In this document: piece after piece, positions 20,778-30,151 of the stretch
How the letters are laid out: each line of letters begins with the position of its first letter
How positions within the stretch are numbered: the stretch's first letter is position 1
DNA from: Obrimoposthia wandeli
Taxonomy: Eukaryota
Length of the DNA stretch: 64,000 nucleotides
Reading direction: 5' to 3'
Assembly: GCA_977020255.1 (NCBI GenBank)
Contig: CDROCS010000253.1
Location: forward strand, 2,790,001 to 2,854,000
Notes under the pieces: model-generated
Told to the model about the DNA's origin: nothing
Seen by the model: only the letters and a program-made list of their open reading frames with translations
The model's database searches: none
Position numbers and translations under genes: made by a program

Positions 20778-23060
20778 TCAATTATCAATTGCCATTAACA
20801 ATGGCGGTAAAAACAGGAAATCGATAATCAATGCAGTAAATATGGTTATAGCGGTTAGTGCGCCCATGTCAGCATTCATCTGAAAGCTTGATTGCATCAA
20901 AACACTAAACCCTGCGATTAGCGCAAAGGAAGTCACCCATAATGCTCTCCCTACATTGTCAAAAGCATAATGAATAGCTTCAGCACTACTGGCTTGTCTC
21001 TCACGGCGGGCATGAAGGTATTTACTAAGAAAATGCACGGTATCATCAACAACAATCCCCAAAGTCATACCTATAACAACAGATAAGCCGAGACCCACTT
21101 GGCCGCTATAGAGTCCCCAAAATCCAAATGCCATTGATGCGGGCACTAAATTTGGCAGTAAACTAATAAGACCGTAACGCCAGCTCCGTAATGCTAGCCC
21201 TAATAATATTGAGATGAGCACTAACGCTAGCGAGGTGCCAATTAATAAACTCAATATATTGCGTTGACCGATATGGGCAAACATCAAGCTAGGACTGGCA
21301 ATATCAATCTCATACTCAGGAGAATGTTGGCTAAACCATAAATTTATTCTCTGTTCGAAGTCTATTATTTCATTGCTAGTCATATTATGAACAACCCCAG
21401 TGATTCGAGTTGACGACTTATCTATATCGAGTTGGTTATTTAAATCCAGACCGTAAGGTAATGACATCTCATATAACAACAAGTACTGTGCTGACATCTC
21501 CTTGTTTACCGGAAGCTTGTACCAGGTCTGATCGTCGCCATGCATGTTTTTATTTAAGCGTTTTAGGGTATCAGTGATAGTACTAACATGGTCTATTTCT
21601 GATTGTTGACGTAACCATTGGCTGAAATCTTCTATTTTTTGGAGATATTTAGGATCATTAATACCACTAGGAACACCTGTTTTTACAGATATTTCTAAGT
21701 ACATGACACCCGATAGATTTTCTTCCATATAATTAGTCGCCGTTCTAAACGGTATGCTTTCGTCAAAATACTTAATAAAGTTATCATTGAGCTGATTATT
21801 GGGGATAAATAAAGTCATCAGGATGATCAATGCGCTCATCAATGGCAGTAATAATTTACGTTTGCCCACGACAAAATCAGCAAATAAGGCCATTCTGTCT
21901 TTACTGCCACTTTGAGGAACGGTTACTTTGAATGGCAGTAGGATTAATAGTGCTGGAAATATTGTCATTGAAAGCACAAATGCTAACATTACCCCGATAG
22001 CAACCATATTACCCAAATCTCTAAATGGTGGAGAGTCAGAGAAGTTCATACTTAGGAAGCCTATAGCCGTAGTAATACTGGTTAAGAGAATGGGCTGAAA
22101 GTTGAGATTCAAGCTTTTAATAATAGCCTGCCGTTTATCTACCCCTTGGCGCATTTCATAAAACATTGAAGTTAATATATGCACACAGTCAGCAGTCGCC
22201 AGCGTCAGAATCATCGTTGGTGCAGAGGATGATGGACCCGTCAAATAAAACCCCAACCAGCCAACAATTCCCATTGTGGAAGCAATGCTCATTAAGGTAA
22301 CTAGTACTGTTGCAATGGTGCCACTTATAGTTCTCAATAAAAAACCAATACTTACAATAACTACGAGGAACATAAGAGGTATCAGAGTAATGCTATCCTT
22401 GCGAGAAACCTCACCAAATGAGGCATTGAGCATCACTCCGCCTGATAGGTAAACTTCATTCTCTGGGTTTTCTTCAAGAAATTTTCGCTTGATTTCTCGA
22501 ACACTGGCTGCTATTTCTGGAATCTCCTTAATAGGATTTATTCCGGGTAAATGTACTGTGACGTTAACAACTGAAACATGCCCCGACGGTGAAATTATTT
22601 TATGTACCAATAATGGGTCATTAAGTGCAATTCCCCTGATTTTTTCTAAATCAGACTGGGTAAGTTTACTGGGATCTCTCACCAAATTTTCAACTATTAA
22701 GTCATCTCCTGTTGAATAACTGTATTGATAGTTAGTGATAGAATCGACTCTGGTAGAGTAAGGTACTTGCCAGCTTTGATCGGTTAAACGTTTGATAGCA
22801 CTAAGATGTTCAGCATTGAAGGTATCACCTCCCTTAGGCGCGATAATAAAAGTAACGCTGTCACTTTTTGTGTAAACTTTCTGCATATTTTCAAAAGCAG
22901 TAAGTTGAGGATTTTCTTCACTAAAAAATATGTCGTATCCGTTTTTAAATACGAGGTTTTTTGCGCCTGTTGTGGCAATAGCAACCACTGTTATGCATGC
23001 CAAAATAACCCAAATAGGGTGCTTACATACAATACTGAAAACTTTATCTCTCATTACCAA
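20778..23060 (-). CDS. MMPL/RND-family (HAE3-like) transporter
   Basis: Two MMPL repeats, TLATADCVH, GIVVDDTVHF. Confidence 0.85.
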   Translation of the reverse strand: MVMRDKVFSIVCKHPIWVILACITVVAIATTGAKNLVFKNGYDIFFSEENPQLTAFENMQKVYTKSDSVTFIIAPKGGDTFNAEHLSAIKRLTDQSWQVPYSTRVDSITNYQYSYSTGDDLIVENLVRDPSKLTQSDLEKIRGIALNDPLLVHKIISPSGHVSVVNVTVHLPGINPIKEIPEIAASVREIKRKFLEENPENEVYLSGGVMLNASFGEVSRKDSITLIPLMFLVVIVSIGFLLRTISGTIATVLVTLMSIASTMGIVGWLGFYLTGPSSSAPTMILTLATADCVHILTSMFYEMRQGVDKRQAIIKSLNLNFQPILLTSITTAIGFLSMNFSDSPPFRDLGNMVAIGVMLAFVLSMTIFPALLILLPFKVTVPQSGSKDRMALFADFVVGKRKLLLPLMSALIILMTLFIPNNQLNDNFIKYFDESIPFRTATNYMEENLSGVMYLEISVKTGVPSGINDPKYLQKIEDFSQWLRQQSEIDHVSTITDTLKRLNKNMHGDDQTWYKLPVNKEMSAQYLLLYEMSLPYGLDLNNQLDIDKSSTRITGVVHNMTSNEIIDFEQRINLWFSQHSPEYEIDIASPSLMFAHIGQRNILSLLIGTSLALVLISILLGLALRSWRYGLISLLPNLVPASMAFGFWGLYSGQVGLGLSVVIGMTLGIVVDDTVHFLSKYLHARRERQASSAEAIHYAFDNVGRALWVTSFALIAGFSVLMQSSFQMNADMGALTAITIFTALIIDFLFLPPLLMAIDN

Positions 23061-23169
23061 ACTCCATAATGACGAATCATTATTTATTCATAGAATAACG
23101 GGCTATGCACCGCATAAGTATTTTTTAGTCACGTTGACTGGAAAATACTATAACTTGGGATTTTGAAAT

Positions 23170-23220
23170 TTAGTTAGGTAACTCAAACAGATGGCGTGTC
23201 TTAAATGCCAATTTGGGTTA
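23170..23220 (-). promoter_or_regulatory. Promoter/operator of the MMPL operon (copy A of a duplicated 51-bp element)
   Basis: 43/51 ungapped identity to 24402-24452; TATAGT -10 candidate downstream. Confidence 0.7.
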
Positions 23221-23253
23221 CTATAATAGAAATATTCAAAATACATTTACGTT

Positions 23254-24288
23254 ATGGACAATCTCACTTCAAACTCAAACATCATATTAAACATGTTGAT
23301 TCAATCAGCAAGAGAGCTTGGTTTTTCGGTCAATGAGCTGATAGATATGCTGCCTGATGGCACTTGTGAAGATGCGAATGAAGAAACAAGATATCCAGCA
23401 GATAAAGTGCCATTGATATGGCAATGGTTAGAACAACAGAGTTCAGAATCAAATGTTGGTTTCAGACTGGCCGGACAGTTGAGACTTAAGTCTCAAACTA
23501 TGCTGGCATTTTTATTTATGAGCAGTGAAACCTTAGGCGCAGGGTTAGATAAAGTTATCAAATTTCAGCACCTGATCAGTGAAGCCATCAAGTGCAGTAT
23601 CGAAGTCCAGGACAATGATTGTAGTTTTGTGTTCCAGAGTAACAGCGATCCAAATTTTGAAATACGACAACAAAATGAATATGCTGCATTGCTGTTTCAT
23701 CATTGGTTATCTGATCTATTGGGTAAATCGTGGCGTTTAAAAAGGGTAGACTTTGCTCACCCTAAGCCCTGCGATGTCAGTGAGCACAAAAAATTGTTCC
23801 AGTGTGAGCTATTGTTTTCCGCATCTGTTAATCGATTTATTTTCGAGGAATCCTTGCTGGAATTACCAATCCCTTATGCTAATGAGAGGATGAATCGGTT
23901 GCATGAACAGCATGCAGAGCAACTGGAGTTGCAAATAAAAAAAAGAAAATTGGTCAATCAAGTTATATCGTTAATTACTGAAAATTTAATGACGGGAGAT
24001 ACCCATATTCATGATGTTGCCAAAAAATGTCAGCTGTCAGAACGGCAATTAAAGTCACAGTTGGAGCATGAAGGGACTAGTTTTACTGAATTACTAGATA
24101 ACACAAGGAAAGAACGAGCGGTGATGTTACTCACCACCACAGATAAAAAAATCTCAGACATAGCCGACGCTTGTGGTTTTTCAGAGCCAAGCACGTTTAA
24201 CCGTGCGTTTAAGCGATGGTTTAATAGCCCTCCTAGTAAGTACCGTCGTTCTACGGGTAAAATCGCCATAAAAATCAAAGATAAATAA
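23254..24288 (+). CDS. AraC-family regulator (OruR-like N-terminal domain)
   Basis: C-terminal double HTH (SERQL...GFSEPSTFNRAFKRW); RVDFAHP motif. Confidence 0.9.
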   Translation: MDNLTSNSNIILNMLIQSARELGFSVNELIDMLPDGTCEDANEETRYPADKVPLIWQWLEQQSSESNVGFRLAGQLRLKSQTMLAFLFMSSETLGAGLDKVIKFQHLISEAIKCSIEVQDNDCSFVFQSNSDPNFEIRQQNEYAALLFHHWLSDLLGKSWRLKRVDFAHPKPCDVSEHKKLFQCELLFSASVNRFIFEESLLELPIPYANERMNRLHEQHAEQLELQIKKRKLVNQVISLITENLMTGDTHIHDVAKKCQLSERQLKSQLEHEGTSFTELLDNTRKERAVMLLTTTDKKISDIADACGFSEPSTFNRAFKRWFNSPPSKYRRSTGKIAIKIKDK

Positions 24289-24401
24289 TAAACGGCTAAA
24301 CATTGAGTCTTTTAAAAGAATTAAATAGCCTATAACTAAATGTACTCCAACTAGTCTCCCCACGATAAGCTTAATTTGGCACTATAGTGCTTTTGATTGG
24401 C

Positions 24402-24452
24402 TAACCAAAATTGACATTTCAGACATGCCGCCTGTTTGAACTACCTAACTAA
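24402..24452 (+). promoter_or_regulatory. Promoter/operator of the CxxCH membrane-protein gene (copy B)
   Basis: 43/51 identity to the reverse complement of 23170-23220; TATGAT -10 candidate at near-identical spacing. Confidence 0.7.
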
Positions 24453-24566
24453 TTATTTAAACCACAGTTATGATGCAGTCAAAAAACGAAACGTTCTTGC
24501 TGAGCATGTAGCGCTTCTTAAACGATAATATCCCTAATAATAAGTAACAAAAAGACAAATTTCATC

Positions 24567-25328
24567 ATGAAGATAACAAATAATAGAGGCTTCAACCTCG
24601 CTTCGTTAGGTATTACAGTGCGTGCTATGTTTAGCGGGTATTTAGTGGTCATTGGTCTTGGACTACTGGTTGCGGGAGGACAAATATTACTGACTCATGG
24701 TATGGCCGATGGTAAATTGGGTTTGTCGATAGATGATGTAGTTTACAGTTACTATGGCGACCGCCAAGGCAGCAAAATAGAAAATAAATTACAGGGTTCA
24801 ATGAAAGATAAGGCACCAAGGGTCGTCCGGCAAGATATTATCAAATGGGTAAGAAATGGTTCAAGTGAAAAGTTATGGGACCAAGGAATTAAAACCCATT
24901 TTGACAATCATTGTATCAAGTGCCACGGAGTGATCCCTGGCTTGCCAGACTTTACCAGCCTAGTAGGGGTTAAAAGTGTTGCTCAGATAGACAAAGGAGC
25001 AAGTGTTAGTAGTCTGACCCGTGTCTCGCATATTCACTTATTTGGAATAGCTTTTATTTTTCTGTTTGTCGGCTTAATTTTTAGTTTAACTGTCGGTATT
25101 CCTAACTGGTTAAAAACGCTAGTCATAGTGATGCCATTTATTTTTTTAGTTGTTGACGTATTGTCTTGGTGGCTGACTAAAATTGATCCTGCTTTTGCTT
25201 GGTTAACCATTATTGCGGGCATGGGATATACCTTAGCATCCGCTTATATGTGGTTTACTTCGATGTGGCAAATGTGGTGGTATCCTTATAAAGGAAAATA
25301 TTCTACAGAAAACACTTGGTTTGATTAA
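24567..25328 (+). CDS. Uncharacterised membrane protein with a single CxxCH (c-type haem) motif
   Basis: N-terminal TM, soluble segment with CIKCHG, then SHIHLFG and three C-terminal hydrophobic segments. Confidence 0.7.
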   Translation: MKITNNRGFNLASLGITVRAMFSGYLVVIGLGLLVAGGQILLTHGMADGKLGLSIDDVVYSYYGDRQGSKIENKLQGSMKDKAPRVVRQDIIKWVRNGSSEKLWDQGIKTHFDNHCIKCHGVIPGLPDFTSLVGVKSVAQIDKGASVSSLTRVSHIHLFGIAFIFLFVGLIFSLTVGIPNWLKTLVIVMPFIFLVVDVLSWWLTKIDPAFAWLTIIAGMGYTLASAYMWFTSMWQMWWYPYKGKYSTENTWFD

Positions 25329-25496
25329 TACAGACTTTGCCCTATAAAAATGAACAATTAGTTTAGTGTTGCTATTCTATGATTTGTTCCAAGGAACGGG
25401 TATAGGGTGAAATAGGTATAGTTTTATTAGCCCGTAATGCTTTTTTCTTGAAGCGCCTCAGTGGAGGCGCTGTAGTCTTTCATTTGATAATCAAGC

Positions 25497-26465
25497 TTAA
25501 AGCAGGCCCATTAATCTCTTTTGAATTAAGGTGTCTGCTTCTAACATTATGCTATCAATCAACTCCTTACATGTGGGAATATCATTGATCAAGCCAGCGA
25601 CCATACCGCAAGACCATGCGCCAGCATCCATCTCACCGTCCAGCATAACGCGCGGATAGATCCCAGCTACCTCAGCAGCGATATCGTCAAAAGTGATATC
25701 TTTACCCAGCTCAGCTTCTTTTTGGATAACTCTTTCTACAGCCACATTGTTAAGTACCCGTTCGGTGTTTCGTAAGGGGCGCATCACCAATCGGGTGTCG
25801 AGCTCACTTGCTTTCACGATGGCATCTTTCACATTTTGATGCACGGGCGCCTCTTTGGTAGCGATAAAACGGGTACCCATGTTCATACCTTCGGCACCCA
25901 TAGCAATCGCAGCAACCAGAGAGCGGGCATCTGCCATACCGCCAGAGGCAATGAATGGTATTTTCAGCTCATCGGCAGCGCGAGGCAGTAAAATCATGTT
26001 CGGAATATCATCCTCTCCAGGGTGACCACCGCATTCAAAACCATCGATAGAAAGTGCATCGACGCCCATTGCTTGTGCTTTCAATGCGTGGCGAATAGAC
26101 GTGCATTTGTGAATGACAATAATACCTGCGTCCTTCAATACAGGTAAATACTCAAGAGGATTACCTGCTGTTTCTACTATTTTCACCCCGCCTTTGATAA
26201 TAGCGTCGATATAACCAGGGTAATCCGGTGCATTAACGATTGGCAGAAAGGTCAGGTTGACGGCGAAAGGCTTATCCGTCATGTCGTTGCACTTAGCTAT
26301 TTCATTGGCTAAATCAGCTGCAGTTCTCTGGGTCAATCCTGTTATTGTACCGAGTCCCCCTGCGTTCGAAACAGCCGCCGCCATTTCGGCGAAACCAACG
26401 TAGTGCATTCCTCCCTGCATAATAGGGTGTTCAATGCCAAATAATTCAGTAATCTGTGTTCTCAT
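25497..26465 (-). CDS. Nitronate monooxygenase-family FMN enzyme, PA1024-like NADH:quinone reductase
   Basis: HPIMQGGM, DGFECGGHPGEDD, NMGTRF; closely resembles P. aeruginosa PA1024 as recalled. Confidence 0.8.
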   Translation of the reverse strand: MRTQITELFGIEHPIMQGGMHYVGFAEMAAAVSNAGGLGTITGLTQRTAADLANEIAKCNDMTDKPFAVNLTFLPIVNAPDYPGYIDAIIKGGVKIVETAGNPLEYLPVLKDAGIIVIHKCTSIRHALKAQAMGVDALSIDGFECGGHPGEDDIPNMILLPRAADELKIPFIASGGMADARSLVAAIAMGAEGMNMGTRFIATKEAPVHQNVKDAIVKASELDTRLVMRPLRNTERVLNNVAVERVIQKEAELGKDITFDDIAAEVAGIYPRVMLDGEMDAGAWSCGMVAGLINDIPTCKELIDSIMLEADTLIQKRLMGLL

Positions 26466-26615
26466 TTTATATCCTTAGTGGTGTAGTATTAGTTCCCTCT
26501 CTCTCGCTTGACAAACTATTTGGTGGTGGGGAAGTCGCTAATAGTGCCTACTCCCTGACCCGTGGACTAGCTGTATTCTCAGGGTGTAGCTCTGTCGAAG
26601 GAAGCTGACTTGGAT

Positions 26616-26649
26616 GCCTGAAACGAGCATCTTCAAGTGGAGCGGGTAT
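26616..26649. repeat. Right arm of an ERIC-like MITE
   Basis: CCTGAAACGAGCATCTTCAAGTGGAGCGGGTAT matches the reverse complement of the 28945 left end. Confidence 0.7.
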
Positions 26650-26726
26650 TATCAGCAGTGAAATTTTCCAAGGAACTTTGTACAGCGGATGGGATACTTA
26701 CCTTAATATACTGGCTCTAATTAGGC

Positions 26727-26744
26727 AGCCAACTAAAGTTGTAA
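26727..26744. promoter_or_regulatory. CCAAC-NAAA-GTT operator, degenerate copy
   Basis: AGCCAAC-TAAA-GTTGTAA upstream of the PA1024-like gene. Confidence 0.4.
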
Positions 26745-26837
26745 AATTCAATATAACGGGGGATAGCGCGAGAAAAGTATGATAGCAATCTCACTATCAT
26801 ACATGCACAAAAAATTATGCTGTAAATTAAGTAGAAG

Positions 26838-28853
26838 TTACAGCGTAAACGTTGCAATGATACCTTCCAGTTTTTCGGCCTGCTGAGTCATCTGTTGGCA
26901 GGCACCGACAGTAGCCTTAGCGCCTATTGCCGTCTGAATGCTTATTTCGCTGATCTGTTTCACATTACGCTCTACTTCTCCAACCACCATCGTTTGCTCT
27001 TCGCCTGCTGAAGCTATTTGGGTGTTAAAGTCGACAATTCTAGCGGTTGCTTTTGAAATATGCTCCAGCATGCGGCCAACTTCTGAAGAGTTACTGACAG
27101 TCTGAGTCGCCTTACTATGACTAACCTCCATCGCTTTAACAGCATCATTAACGCCAGACTGCAAACGAATAATCATTTGCTCAATTTCCGCGGTAGACTG
27201 TTGTGTTTTGTGCGCCAAGGTACGGACTTCATCCGCTACTACGGCAAAACCTCGTCCTTGCTCGCCCGCTCTAGCGGCTTCAATTGCTGCATTTAGTGCT
27301 AATAAATTGGTTTGTTCGGCAATGCCCTTAATTACATCCAATACTTGAGTGATACTGTCACTGTCTTTTACTAACCGATGGATAACTGTCACGGAATAAT
27401 CAATATCTCCTGACAATTGCTCAATATCTGTGAGTGTCGTTTTTACAAGATTTTGCCCCTTTACCGCTTTTTCATCAACTTCATTTGATTGTTGAGAAGC
27501 GGTTAGCGTATTTCTTGCAACCTCCTGCGTGCAACCCACCATCTGGATAATTGCAGTGGCGACTTGATCAGTTTCAAAGCGTTGCTTGTTTATCGCTTCG
27601 CTACTTTGTTGTGCGATGCCATCTACCTTTCCTGCCTGGGAAACGACTGATTGAACGGTGGAGCTGACCTGCGATAGAATTTTTCGCATCAGTTCCGCCA
27701 TTTGATTAAACTTTGTCGCTAACTCGCCCAGTTCATCGCGATTATTGATTGACACCATACAGGTCATATCACCCAGTGCAATACGATCTGCTGATTTTAT
27801 AAAGGCTTGAATGCTTTGCCTTACAGAGACGCTGAGTGCTAGCATCAGATAGTTACTGATCAATAAAACAACTAACAGTCCGAACAAAAGGGTATAAAAT
27901 CGGCGGCCTTGAGTCTCTTCACGTTGCTGCAAATTTTGCTTGAGCAATGCCTGAGAACTATTAATAAATTGGTAGATACCCTCACGTGTTACTGACTGTT
28001 GCTTAAAGTATTGCTGCCACTCACGGTCTAGTTGCTCATCCATCATAATGTCATTATCGAATCGTTCTGTTGTGATCTTAAGACCTTTAATAATAGCTTC
28101 TGTAGCACTGAGAATATCATTTCCATATATCTCTTCTGCTTCAAGTATAGGTCGTAGGGTATTATTCAGGCGATGCTGATCGTCAATGAGCTCATCAAGT
28201 AATCTATTGAGTACTACCATTACGCTCGAGTTGATAACACTAGCCTTCATTACCACGGCTGAAAAGCTGCGAAGTTGCCCTTGATGCTGTAATAAAGGCT
28301 CCATCGCATCGAGTACATTCATCAAAATAGCGTTGTTTGAGTCCTTATCTTGATATAGGCCTGCTTCGAAACTAATGATTTGAACGAGTATCCAACTTTC
28401 CAGCACCAGCTGGTTCTCTTTAGCAAAAAGGCTTGCTAAGTCCAAACCTGACCCCGCCGTGAGGGCATTTAACATACGAATCCTGGTCATCACGCTGGTT
28501 ATATTTTCACCTTTTATAAATTCTTTAGTCACTGCCTCTACAGTATCAAGCTGATCTGAAAAAGCGGCTTTTTTCAGCCTTATTTTTTCACTAAGTGAAA
28601 AATCATCACCTTGTACTACAATTAAATCGCGAATATCTGAAGCTATTTCAGTTAATAGAAACGCCTTTTTAAGCGCTATTATCCCTTTTACTTCTACTTG
28701 AGTAATACGCTGCTCAATTGATAATTCATTTAACTGTAGATAAGCAAAACCCAGTAAAGGCAGTAAAAAAATGACATAAATCAACGCAAACTTATAAAGA
28801 TATTTTAATCGATTCATCAGATAGATGGCAGGAGAGAGAAAAAGAGTAAACAT
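26838..28853 (-). CDS. Methyl-accepting chemotaxis protein
   Basis: TM-periplasmic-TM-HAMP layout; [34 protein letters not shown] signalling hairpin. Confidence 0.95.
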   Translation of the reverse strand: MFTLFLSPAIYLMNRLKYLYKFALIYVIFLLPLLGFAYLQLNELSIEQRITQVEVKGIIALKKAFLLTEIASDIRDLIVVQGDDFSLSEKIRLKKAAFSDQLDTVEAVTKEFIKGENITSVMTRIRMLNALTAGSGLDLASLFAKENQLVLESWILVQIISFEAGLYQDKDSNNAILMNVLDAMEPLLQHQGQLRSFSAVVMKASVINSSVMVVLNRLLDELIDDQHRLNNTLRPILEAEEIYGNDILSATEAIIKGLKITTERFDNDIMMDEQLDREWQQYFKQQSVTREGIYQFINSSQALLKQNLQQREETQGRRFYTLLFGLLVVLLISNYLMLALSVSVRQSIQAFIKSADRIALGDMTCMVSINNRDELGELATKFNQMAELMRKILSQVSSTVQSVVSQAGKVDGIAQQSSEAINKQRFETDQVATAIIQMVGCTQEVARNTLTASQQSNEVDEKAVKGQNLVKTTLTDIEQLSGDIDYSVTVIHRLVKDSDSITQVLDVIKGIAEQTNLLALNAAIEAARAGEQGRGFAVVADEVRTLAHKTQQSTAEIEQMIIRLQSGVNDAVKAMEVSHSKATQTVSNSSEVGRMLEHISKATARIVDFNTQIASAGEEQTMVVGEVERNVKQISEISIQTAIGAKATVGACQQMTQQAEKLEGIIATFTL

Positions 28854-28944
28854 ATGAAGCCCGATTTTATTGTTGTAATGATTGGGAACAGTAATTTCTT
28901 GTGCTATTGCTCACACACTAGCGTAAATATCAACCAATCAGTCT

Positions 28945-29211
28945 TATACCCGTTCCACTTGAAGATGCTCGTTTCAGGAAGTCTGAGCGATTCATAATCA
29001 AGGCGCATTTTTTTATTAAGGGTTATTCCCTTAAAAATAAATGTAACGCTGAGTATGATTTGCTCAGCCTTCCCCAAGGGGCTGGTTTAGAAACGCTTTA
29101 TGCTGCGTTATTGATTTCGACAATAGAATGACTATTCTCTTCAATCAATGCCTTGCCTAAAGGCGTTTCTAATTCCAGCTGAATCATGCATCTTCAAGTG
29201 GAACGGGTATA
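28945..29211. mobile_element. 267-bp ERIC-like MITE with perfect 24-bp TIRs
   Basis: TATACCCGTTCCACTTGAAGATGC...GCATCTTCAAGTGGAACGGGTATA; TA at both ends; no ORF. Confidence 0.85.
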
Positions 29212-29242
29212 TACCAATCTCATCGTTAATGAGATTGGTATA
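29210..29242. repeat. 33-bp minimal MITE-like hairpin sharing a TA with the adjacent MITE
   Basis: TATACCAATCTCAT-CGTTA-ATGAGATTGGTATA. Confidence 0.75.
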
Positions 29243-29293
29243 AGAGAAAAGATTAACTTTTTCTGTCATGTAAGATAGCTGCAAAGGGTAGGG

Positions 29294-30151
29294 TTATTCA
29301 GGAGGCAGCACTAATATGTCTGTTTTCAGGCGAGATAAAATCTGCTCAGCTGTATTACCGAGTAAAATCCCCTGTAATCCTGAACGTGCGACGGTTCCTA
29401 ATACGACTAGTTTAGCTTGAATTTCCTCTGCTAGTTGAGGGATGAGTAATTCAGGAGGACCCTGATCGATATGGATCTGGTTGTCAGGGATCTCGTGCTT
29501 TGTTAGCATTTTTTTACAAGCCGCGCGATATTGTGCTTCCAGCAATCTAGGGACTTGCTCTTTATCTGAACCACCTTGCATTAGCGAGGGATAGGCACTC
29601 ACTAGATGGCGTTGACCATTACCAACTTTGCCAAGCAAAATGCCTACTTTAAGGACTCGCGCATTGAGTTCCTCATGTTTACTGGCTTTTGGATTAGCAT
29701 TCACACACAAGAGTAACGGACTACCATCTTCCCAGTGATTGTCAGCATGCACCATGAATACAGGGCAGCGACTGCTGCGTAACAGCTTCCAGTCATCGGA
29801 TAGAAAAATATGGTCACTTAAGCTGGGTGAATGGGGCTCCTTGACTAACCAGCCAAACCCTTTGTCATACTGAGAACGTACGATGGCTCGGAGTAAGCTG
29901 GTCTCCTCGCTGATTTCAACCGCAGCTGATATTCCTTGCTTTGTAGCAACACTCAGTTTCTTATTAAGCTGCGTCAGCAGCTTAGGAGTCGCATGTTTTT
30001 TTCGAACTAACACGGTAATGGTACTCCCCAACTGTTCGGCGAGACGAATCGCCTTGTTCAGAGCTACTTGTTCCTCTTTTTTTGGATTGATGACAACGAG
30101 GATATGTCTATTAAAGTGGATATCTTTATTAAATGGCATGACAATTATCAT
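29294..30151 (-). CDS. Universal stress protein, tandem USP domains (UspE-like)
   Basis: DWKLLRSSRCPVFMV; LVVLGTVARSGLQGILLGNTAEQIL. Confidence 0.85.
   Translation of the reverse strand: MIIVMPFNKDIHFNRHILVVINPKKEEQVALNKAIRLAEQLGSTITVLVRKKHATPKLLTQLNKKLSVATKQGISAAVEISEETSLLRAIVRSQYDKGFGWLVKEPHSPSLSDHIFLSDDWKLLRSSRCPVFMVHADNHWEDGSPLLLCVNANPKASKHEELNARVLKVGILLGKVGNGQRHLVSAYPSLMQGGSDKEQVPRLLEAQYRAACKKMLTKHEIPDNQIHIDQGPPELLIPQLAEEIQAKLVVLGTVARSGLQGILLGNTAEQILSRLKTDILVLPPE

Noticed and set aside
24377-24390. TGGCACTATAGTGC as a sigma54 promoter
   Set aside because: GG-to-GC spacing is 9 nt, not 10. It is only a 12-bp palindrome (GCACTATAGTGC) of unknown role.
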